Virus record (IMG/VR): IMGVR_UViG_3300008267_000030
Location: 1-64,000 of that record
Length of the DNA stretch: 64,000 nucleotides
Reading direction: 5' to 3' (one strand)
From: a virus
Positions 41,501-48,100 of this stretch are shown one piece after another; position 1 is the stretch's first letter; each line of letters begins with the position of its first letter. Position numbers and translations under genes: made by a program. The notes beneath the pieces were generated by a model. It ran no database searches. It was not told where the DNA came from and was given only the letters and a program-made list of their open reading frames with translations.

Positions 41501-44500
41501 GTCGGCTGATAGTTATAGATGTTTTCAATAGCGTTCAGTTTCTCTGCATCGCTCATGGTGGTCTGGGCAATGTCCCGGGCCATTTTGACAACGATGCTTT
41601 CTACACGCTCCTGAATATCCGTATCGCTTATCCCGGGCAATAGTTTGCGCATGGCAACTATATTCAGCGGAGTCTTGTTCTTAATCGACTCCCGGATAGC
41701 GTTCTCAAACGGGTCTTCCTCAACAACCTCATCTGCTGGAGCAAAAATGTCTGTCAGAAGAGTGCCACGGATGTCTCTTGCGGTGTCCATCTGATCGAAC
41801 ACGTCCTCCTCAGCGTCCGATGCGTAGGCCAGGTAGGCTTTTTTCATCGCCTGAAACAGTTCGTCGGAGACGTCTCCAAGTTGCTGCTGTACCTGAATGA
41901 TGATGTCAGCAAACTTGTAAATGCCGACCTTAATCATAATGCCCACAACCTTAACGGCCTTCTCCAGAACCTCAGTCCTGATACCGTTCATTGTTGCCGG
42001 GCCTTGCTTTTTCATTTCGCCAAGCAGGTCCTTAAAGGCATCTTTAAGTTCATCCATACTGCCCTTCAACTTCTCTGCATTCTTAGCAGCAGCGTCGGCA
42101 AGTTTGGTGTCCTTAATTGTCTGAGTTCTTGACTTTTTGCCAGTCGTAGTTGTTACGGGCGGTCTTTCGACTTTTTCGTCTGGCTTGCTTCTCAAATCAA
42201 AATACATCTGGCCATTAGGTTTGGCTGGATTGTTATCCACAAACCCAAGGCTTTTGTAATATTGATATAGTTTGCTATCTACGCCAGTAAAGCCCATTCC
42301 CATATCCGCTCTGAGCGTAAGAATGTCTGCGCCAAGTTCCTTGGCTTTTCGCTTCATAGCCTCGATTACGGTCTTGCCATCGCCTTTGCCCTTCCCTTCT
42401 GCCCTACCAGCGTTTTCTATATTATTAAGATACGCTTCGTTTTTAGCCCAATCCGGCAGTTTTTGGTCTCCCTCTTCTTCAACAGTACTTACAATACCAC
42501 CGTCAAAATTCAGGACGCCAGTAACGTCATTTAAGGCAAACGTGTATTCATTGCCTTCCTGAGTAATTTTTATTTCGCCCGGCTTTGTAGCAGATAGTTT
42601 ATTCTTCTCCCTTTCATATACTGCATTTATGGCCTCAATTCTCGGGGCATCTACTTCTAATTCTCTATCATATTTGTCTGCTCTTTCGGTTTCGGATATT
42701 GATTGCCCTGCTATAGAAACGTATCTATGCATTATTGGGATAACCCTTTCTAATTCGGGGATTGTGTAGCCATAATAATTATAAATTTCAATGGCCTTTT
42801 TGTAAGCCCCATAAATCATGTCCCTTATTTCTTCGGGAACTTTATAAAAATTTTCTCTGGCTTTATCCTTGTTAGAAAATTCGGATAGACTTATACGTTT
42901 AAACCATTCTTTACCTGTCTCTATACTTTCAATTAAGTCAGAAGGATATGGAAGTCCGGCCTTTCTGGCCTCTTCTTTTATTTTTTCAACTCTGTATTGA
43001 TCTACTATTTCATTTGCTCTTTCGGCAGGCATTTTTTCAATTTTGAATCTTATGCCTTGCTTGTTGTTAGCAAACAATCGAATCATTTCAGCCGCTTTAT
43101 TGATACCTTCTTTTTCGGCACTATCGGCAATCGCAAGCAAAACCTTGCGTTCTTCTTCCGTGTGGACAAACGGTCGCTTTTCTTTTTCGGCTTGCTCCTG
43201 TTCTTTTCTTTGATTGCTGTAATCGGTATAAACTTGGCTTTGATTTGCTAAAGTAACTTTGCCTGCAGCCCCAAATTGTTTTAAATTTTCATTTTTGTAT
43301 ATTTTATCATACAATATACTTGCGGCTTTTTGCAGTTTATCACTATTTAAAATTTCCTCTATTGCGTCTTTTGCAGAGAAAGAAATTTCAATGGTTAATT
43401 TTAAGCCAGACGCTAATTCATATATTTCATACTGTAAGCCATCTTTTACAAGTATTAAATCAATTTGGTCATAAATTGGATTGCCTGTTTTTATTCTTTC
43501 GCCAACTAACTCTTTGCCGTTATTGGTATTAAAAGTAATTTGCTTTTCAGGCTTTTGTCCTCCAAACAAATCTCCCTGCCTGGTCTCCATGCCCATCTCA
43601 CGCTGATATGCAGCCAGCGCCTTGTCGGCTACTGCCTGGGCCATGTCAACGGCGGTTTTTAGCCTGTCAAGTTTGTCTTTCAGCGCTTGCGGGCTTTCGT
43701 TCTGAACAAAGCCTAATGGATTGCTGCCAAATAATTCCTGCTGCGATCCACGGGCCTGCTTCTTTACTTCGTTCTCGTATGCCTCTTTTGCGTTGGACAA
43801 ACCAAGCATAGCCAATTCCAGATTGGCCAGGGCCTGCTTTTGTTCCGGGGTTAGGTTTCTTGTGAACTCACGCTCAGCAAACTCATTGTCCCAGGCGGAG
43901 CGCATTTTTTCGTACTCTTCATCGGACAGCGGTTTGCCAAACATCTTTTCAGACTCTTCAGCATCCTCCTGCTCCCGCTTAATGTACTCTTCCGCAATCT
44001 GCCTCTCCAGTTCTTGAAACTCTTCTTCAGACAATGCCTTGCGACCGGTCTCTTCCTGTTCCGCCTCTTCTTGAGTCTCTTCTTGCTGCATCATGTATTT
44101 GACGTACTCGTCTTCGTACTTGCTTGCATCATACTCGCCTGCGATTTCAAGAATCCTGCGGGCCATTTCAGCGAAATTTCTATAGTCTTGGATAGCGGTC
44201 TCAATAGCACTTGCAGCCTCCTGATAATCATAATCATTTGGAACAGCATCTGGGTTGCCGCTATTTTCAGCCATGTAAGTCATAACCAACTCAGCCATAA
44301 CATCTACTGTTTTTGGCCCAGTTTTTCTTATCATGAACTTCCTTGCCTTTACCTCACCCTCTATCTGCTTCTTATCATATTCAGCAAATCCGGTATTTTT
44401 ACCGTACATACTGAACAACAATTCCTTGGTTATACCCTTTGACATTAAGACCTGCAGAGCCGAAACTTCGTAGTTGTTCGGCATATCTACCAATGCAGCC

Positions 44501-44646
44501 TTTTTCATCAGACCCGGCTCACGCTCAACGGCGCCTCTCTTTTCCTCCCAAAACTTTGGGTTTTCGTAAAGGAACTGGCGGAACTCGTCGTAGTTGTACC
44601 GCTTACCTGTTTTCAGGTCGATGAATACGCAGGGCTTTAAAGACAT
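32566..44646 (-). CDS. Giant polyvalent virion protein: GNAT + N6-adenine MTase + Strawberry-notch SF2 helicase (DarB-like)
   Basis: GKGKGDG...LYQYYKSLGF (GNAT); QYSTP, LEPSAGNGAL, MNPPFG (MTase); GDMTGVGKGR, DESH, FLSAT, QMLGRIDRTGQ (helicase). Confidence 0.9.
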   Translation of the reverse strand: MSLKPCVFIDLKTGKRYNYDEFRQFLYENPKFWEEKRGAVEREPGLMKKAALVDMPNNYEVSALQVLMSKGITKELLFSMYGKNTGFAEYDKKQIEGEVKARKFMIRKTGPKTVDVMAELVMTYMAENSGNPDAVPNDYDYQEAASAIETAIQDYRNFAEMARRILEIAGEYDASKYEDEYVKYMMQQEETQEEAEQEETGRKALSEEEFQELERQIAEEYIKREQEDAEESEKMFGKPLSDEEYEKMRSAWDNEFAEREFTRNLTPEQKQALANLELAMLGLSNAKEAYENEVKKQARGSQQELFGSNPLGFVQNESPQALKDKLDRLKTAVDMAQAVADKALAAYQREMGMETRQGDLFGGQKPEKQITFNTNNGKELVGERIKTGNPIYDQIDLILVKDGLQYEIYELASGLKLTIEISFSAKDAIEEILNSDKLQKAASILYDKIYKNENLKQFGAAGKVTLANQSQVYTDYSNQRKEQEQAEKEKRPFVHTEEERKVLLAIADSAEKEGINKAAEMIRLFANNKQGIRFKIEKMPAERANEIVDQYRVEKIKEEARKAGLPYPSDLIESIETGKEWFKRISLSEFSNKDKARENFYKVPEEIRDMIYGAYKKAIEIYNYYGYTIPELERVIPIMHRYVSIAGQSISETERADKYDRELEVDAPRIEAINAVYEREKNKLSATKPGEIKITQEGNEYTFALNDVTGVLNFDGGIVSTVEEEGDQKLPDWAKNEAYLNNIENAGRAEGKGKGDGKTVIEAMKRKAKELGADILTLRADMGMGFTGVDSKLYQYYKSLGFVDNNPAKPNGQMYFDLRSKPDEKVERPPVTTTTGKKSRTQTIKDTKLADAAAKNAEKLKGSMDELKDAFKDLLGEMKKQGPATMNGIRTEVLEKAVKVVGIMIKVGIYKFADIIIQVQQQLGDVSDELFQAMKKAYLAYASDAEEDVFDQMDTARDIRGTLLTDIFAPADEVVEEDPFENAIRESIKNKTPLNIVAMRKLLPGISDTDIQERVESIVVKMARDIAQTTMSDAEKLNAIENIYNYQPTLAQKDSTRVKLQQYSTPLPYAFIASSFAAAKNPTLTLEPSAGNGALTIAMDPARVVANEIDQERLSNLQSQGFAEVTNQDALLPFDGTYDAVVMNPPFGSKGLRVFGTETKYNLTGLDPIMVANALDSMTNNGVAAIIVGEHNSYADDGLIESTKYRKLLNYLYHYYNVLDVINVDGKLYYKQGTTYPTRLILINGRKQTPGGIAPIRSQVSDEMIAPVTDYNTLMARVQNAKDVLLQSKLDQGIVDSGKQGQTGTGKGAGGVGGGRGAGRGAGTTTTKKEKEEAELEEGDRTGIGEDFTGETKTGETQELDETDIDIEAEKVLYKPMSKGKSVGTYQPTAMAAETRRVLNQIQEQYGDIDEFVARELGYKNIGELHKGLYAEQVDAVAMAIAQIKTGNSLIVGDMTGVGKGRIAAAMIRYGVKQGKTPIFITQDGALFSDMYRDLKGIGAEALVPFIVNTDTKSNVTETDLATDEQKLIYKHQSKPEFTKALEYLRQKGELPKQFNYVMVTYSQVNSDRFPDKRSLLNLLAPGNILIMDESHNASGTSQTGEYIGGLVQNSQGTLFLSATWAKTPENMPIYALKTSIRDTGLSNEKLIEAITTGGVALQEIISAQLAQAGQMVRRERDFQGVEMNYTYPESEEVAQTQKQQADQVIRLVRLIIAFQRSYVSPAIKSIREDKLTEGVRVDEKKKSSDMGVKNTPFASKLFNVMQQLIFSIKAEQVAEEAINELKNNRKPVIGFQNTMESFLDDMGFAMQEVIPNIDFSLTLIRGLDKTLEYTEDDAAGKKKTKTLSPEQLGSEGTAAYYRLRAEIQQAVSGITISPIDVIKTKIEKAGYKVAELTGRETVIQILPNQGAILSKRAKPDKKKMVAEFNNGNIDVLLINASAATGLSMHASEDEKVKDKRQRIMIIAQPPFDVNTFIQMLGRIDRTGQVVRGAYNIMLSSIPAEGRFQIMLKKKVASLLANTTAQQESSSVDIQVADIINKYGDQIVTEYLVENPEINMLLNDPLKIGEQEDLSKVTVQDNAATEVLKRVALLYTKEQEAFYTEISARYEALINYLNSMDENDLKVVSVPLQAETLYRQVFFEGQHTGSPFGEDAVIEVVEANVLRKPMPAEQVRKNMEKATEGVAPTKYMADKIDEVNSYYENLTNEERERITGLMEKEIVVAKEQITANENFDKDFPLASEAEAQRERAKQQAEDAIRDAYAQRMEKSLKRINDQKILVKQYLNALKIGKIVKVPMMISERDSSPLSSVGVVMNIEFGKKTKNPFAPSNITFVIAIRDGRSQIKIPLSKSLILQQIVVRSNNVEQENLDSFFDKWDKETKKLKDREIRFIMSGNILMGYGQMKGNLVSYTTKDGKSRKGILYRPGQLKLEELAGQTPITNAYDQVMNTRRDVTSTNGEVTIEYNTRDSILILVPKSTKLGGKYFNDEELLSLSDSGEFRSYGRNMQARFNGENAKQALKVLAGSKFMLTIPGDKMPPEVVAEINERMRQQGQEVASSASSIQATADAAKKEYNPVIVGLDEYTRTDNGKKMVMARYRSLSDADFTTLRRIASANNGFYSSTARGFLFEKGSDAAKFQQSAEQAMYEQSAETTQIPQSLFDRLITKIEQLIEREKNLPPGSVAYSSIVPIPPQVARAISIGALRAAKAVIMAAKAANNFTKKTMQDALAAAEQYVRNYMSDPTKFKPSQVEDMVKRVSKLIQPVNPVDVAVEVVTENSELVAEITKATDKAFEKMSALIAKEGMKQARKQAINLMKTILGGAKVPLNPNLIEKILARFPNSNTDKAMLNFIEYAVGMIQSAEKIKALQSLVDKAKTELDKSYAGAEMKARLKPLLRTIEAHKVDPDKMDILSSMLYAFIQQMAGKNYKAVSIQRLVEMLVDQGAYIDQQTKIRRRAMMQARVDRMIDSGALPAGTSVDDYEQMLIEQAEQEAQNQAAAPAAPAQQSETADLLIPEITGLMSQARDKAAISGTPFVKRMMRWTGKINLNTLTDNELKRLHNILNDYIELDDLSDLGVYAARGEAQERLSRLNTLVNKFRQYKGDVTKFSLNNLLENVSSSEEAKDTLRAELYQREEVLFGDVKKRTDDNLQALETHIIENDMDERAVRATEVFNILAQAGSQNSTWQAWREAMMINWNKYLNKKMEEQRLMSSGYTNIFEKDILAEEIRIAEQTLNILENDFDPDQHQTLATTIDRSQAELAQMVRNFYAEISEEFRQNTAAFFSKLFDPTENPMYVSLNVIDRLGKGGIDESSNPTLTDTVFEEARIDRRESRTAIERTTFTNNAVVYGTDLLANFRKRYYQTLYQAKMTEELFVMDRMIKSEQFRNLFDPQYSDRTTKVILAFMEGVVDGQRYFGYIGVSDQPMIKKLVNGNIGAVLVDLGQYAKQSIGALQIKARVSFKLTGWALKTAILPTEAQKRWLDSTTTLRERTYQSESLVSKQYAELNKFAGKTWAKKLLVKIGDAIKNTRNFMAKYTIEKADRFVSAAALFAGYANSLNKQGLIQDPSEINWDEEIKNPNYNALAAAENLSDEINVPSNQTTKAEVLRSEKKSINDFTRKEINWMLAQFDLNAYNNFRNNWRTIMDMSGTVDAKERWSAGAKVFGILANTQTYAAVKIGMDILYQQVAIAIALWALGIDFEDEDEEERKRRQNRSLATSALLGVFNLFVGKYGNIAKIIPKVAFALGFAAFYKDKEQTEENKGTLKDPNTDLFYDPTGVPVVDLAVRQMEQIGKNIKKEDDGYELARTAGMLASFVTGFATIERITAKTTKEMSESPKRKDAKLAEKTDLLGEKKFDERKTKLFKYLKEGHEDYAQTIFEKMVGPVVSENYNENYNKTFQAIMDHLQTDRVRSQMKGSDYFGALAYGLGFAGKEINVTLPEGITGNIDVLMGRGYLNEGDIRRIVQRYENQYQEDMKMIETLKEVNPILGNALEKFFKPEGPGEGSLPQSYSIMRRMKKKGSLAYDIPE

Positions 44647-44647
44647 A

Positions 44648-45139
44648 TTACTTGTTTCCTAATTCTTGGTCAAACAAAAGGGCTGCTGCAGAATTGCCAT
44701 TTACAATGTTGTACCTGGCTAAAAGGTCTCCATACTCTCCAACTGCAAGTCGTTGTATATTAACCATTTCGTGCAGAAAAACTTGAAGCGACGCATCTTT
44801 TGTGTTCATGTATGCGTCCTCGTAAAAATCGTATAAATTTTTCTCTAATTCATACGCTTCTTCCAATACTTCTCCAAGTTCTTCACATTCCACCGTTACC
44901 GAATCAATTACCGGAGAATCGATGATGTCGTTCTGGTCGTTTACAAAGTCCCGAATCTTGTAATAATGCTCGATTTCATCTGCTGATTCTTTCTCAAAAA
45001 ACTTCTGCGCACCAAAATATCCCAGGCTCTGGCTCTTTGCTGCGGCGCTTTTGTAAAAATGGCTTGCGTACAATTCGTGTTCTGCAGCCTTGTTCATTGT
45101 CTTCTTCCCCTGGGAAGAAAGGATTGATTTTATTTTCAT
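44648..45139 (-). CDS. ftnA: Non-haem ferritin (FtnA-like)
   Basis: HELYASHFY...GYFGAQKFF.KESADEIEH...AYELE...L.FDQEL. Confidence 0.9.
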   Translation of the reverse strand: MKIKSILSSQGKKTMNKAAEHELYASHFYKSAAAKSQSLGYFGAQKFFEKESADEIEHYYKIRDFVNDQNDIIDSPVIDSVTVECEELGEVLEEAYELEKNLYDFYEDAYMNTKDASLQVFLHEMVNIQRLAVGEYGDLLARYNIVNGNSAAALLFDQELGNK

Positions 45140-48100
45140 GGACAGTCTTTTTTGATTTTGTTATCGTTCTCCAGTCTTGCTACAATTTTTTCAAAGTCTT
45201 TGGTAATCTTTCGCATTGCCGAAAACTTTTCGTCTCCAATTTCAGCACGGAGGTCGGCCCGCATCTTTTCCCCTTGCTTGCCAGTTGCGTCAAGGGCTGC
45301 GTCCATCCGGGTCCACTCGGTTTCTTCGACTTCTTCCTCTTCAGGAGCCTCCTCTTCCTTGCCCGCTTCCTCCTCGATAGCACCAGGCAAATACTCTGGC
45401 CGGATCGCCATTATTGTGTCCGGAGGCCAGGCCGCAAGGTCCTCGTTAAATAATTCGGTAAGCGAATCGTCCTGCTCGTTTATGCCAAACAATATCTCGC
45501 CGTCTGCAAGCCGCTTCTCAGCGTCCATCTTGCTTTCTACGCCTTCTCCAAACTCCCCGACAGCATCGTGTAGTTCGTCCCCGACGTTGGCTACCCGCCT
45601 TTCTTTTCCGGTGTCTTGGACTCCTGGGGTCTTTTTCTTTCCAGTATCCTCCTGTTCAACTTTGCCAGCACCTTCTGCGCCCGGCTCCCTTCCGAATTTT
45701 TGATAGTGTTCATACCAAAGTGTATTTAATAAATTCTGTAACTCTTCAATCATGTCAAGAGCGTAGGAGTTGTCAGACTCCTTTTCTCTTAACTCTGCTA
45801 TTCTTCCCTCTGCCCACAGCCTTGTCTGCAGGAAATCCGTATCGTCCGTCTGGTCGGTTATGCCGTTCTCAAGCAGGTTTGCTATCCTGTCGGTCATATC
45901 CTTTTCAATGATGGCCTGGACTGATGTCCTGCGGTTTGGAGGCAATTCAGAATACAGTTCCTGCAACTGGCGCTCCTGCTCTTCCGGCGTCTCCTTTACT
46001 TCCAGTTTGTGCCTCTGGATGTCAACGTCAATAAGTACGTTCTCGTCTCTTATCTCAATCTTGCCGTCAGTAAGGTAAATGGAATTGCCTTTGGGGTCTT
46101 TGTTGATCCGGAACTCTTTGCCATTAACCATGGCGGTGTTCTCGTCAATAACTTTGACCTGCTTTTTAGCCCGGTCTTTGCGCTGCTGCAGTTTGCTTTT
46201 AAGTCTTTCGGCTGCTGTCTTGCCCTGAACTTGTGTTGGCTCGGTGTACAATTTTGCGCCCAAATCCTGCAGTGTTTGGCCTGCCGGTATCTCAATAGTT
46301 TTTGTAGGCGTTTCAATTGCAAGTTTGCCAGCGCCTTCGTCAATTACAGTACCTTTCTCGCCGCCAATAATTACTGTCTGGCCGACTTCTGGAGTTGGTA
46401 TGCTTTCTACTTTTGGTTCTTTTGCTTTGTTATAAGCCTCTAAAAGTTGTGTTGCTTTTTCGTCATCAAGGCTAAACCAAACTTTTAAATTTTTAACATT
46501 AACTTCTTTGTAGGAATCCTTGAACATTTTTTCAAGTTCCTGCATTTCCCCAAAAGTGTATTCTTGCTTTTCTCCCGATGTTGAATCGGTCCAAATTATA
46601 GTATCGTCAACCGACTTGTCTTCTGTCTCATCGGTCAATCCCTCCGCCCGTTTTTTTATTTCTGGCAGGAAATGGTTGTACATCTCCACATACCGCTGGT
46701 CGATGTTCGGGATCGTACTAAAATCAACGTCGTTCAAATAATCGTCGATAAACGCAAGCATCCGCTCCTCGTCAACCTTGTTCTCGTTTTTGAACCTGGA
46801 ATACTCCTCGTCATCTACCAGAACTTCCTCGTCGGCTACATCTGTTGCAGCAGCCGTTGTTGTGGCTTTAGTTGTAACAGCCTTGCCCTTTCTTCTTCCA
46901 AAGGTTTTAAATTCATTAACAATGTCTGAATAAAACTTCAACATTGTCTTTTGAAAATCAGTAGCCTTTTCTGTATTTTTATTTATTTCGGCTTGATACT
47001 CTTCTTGTTTTGACTGAAAATACGCTATTGGACTTTCTTTTAGCAAAGCCAGTTCTTTCTTATAATTTTCAAGGTCTTCTTTTTCGACTTTATCGAGGTC
47101 CGGATTACTGCTTAAATCGTTTATTTCCCTTTCTAAGGTTTGGGTTGCTATTTCAACCCTGCTTTTTAACCTATCGTCAGTTGGCGTTTGGTTAAGGTCC
47201 TGCTTTAGCGCATCGTTAAACAAATTTTGAACCTCAACGTAATCAGGGTTTTTCTTGTTGTCAAAGTACCCGCCAAATGCTATTTCCCTTTTTTTGATAA
47301 ATTCTTTAAAAAGGTCGTTTTCAAACAACTTTACAGCCTGTTCTTTTGTATAAAAATACTCGTCTCCGTTTAGTAGAGTTACGGCAAACAAATCTGGCGA
47401 AGCGCCTTTTTGAAAAACATTATTGAAAAGTTCTTTGTACCGAGCAGCATCTTCTAAGCGACCTTCTTTTTCAGCGTTTTCATACTGATTAAGCAGCAAG
47501 AAACCAACCTTTGTGGCAAGCGGAGTCAATTTACTTTTGCTTGCCATCTGTTGAAACTTGTCAAAGTTATCAACCTGAATCGCAAGCGCATCTGCCTGTT
47601 CTTTGGATAACTTACCGCCTGTAAACAAATTGCTTACAAGCGCCCCAGTAAAGTTTTTGCCTTTTTCTCGCTGTATGTCCATAAAGGACTGGGACATATT
47701 CACGTCATTAAATAGCAGGCTTTGCTTTGCCAGGAATGACTTGGCCTCCCTTTCGGCCATAGTTTTTGCTGTGTATTCTCTGGCTCCTGTAAATGCTGCT
47801 GGCGCTCCTCCCATAAAAAAAGACGGCGCAGTTGCAACCATTGTCTCTCTGAACTTTTCATAGTTCATTGCCTTGTATGCGTTGTAGAACTTATCGTTGT
47901 TAGCGATAACCTCCTCCATTGCATTTTGCGGGAACTCTTGCAGTACGCCTTCTGTAAAATATTCTAATGACCCCGACTTTAACGCTTTTGTCAAGGTGCT
48001 TCCTTTCATTACATTAAAAAAGGGAAGAACCTCCAACGTGTAAGTTGGCATCATAAAGATTTGCCCGGCCAATAGTTCATTAACTGCATCCTTTGCTTTG

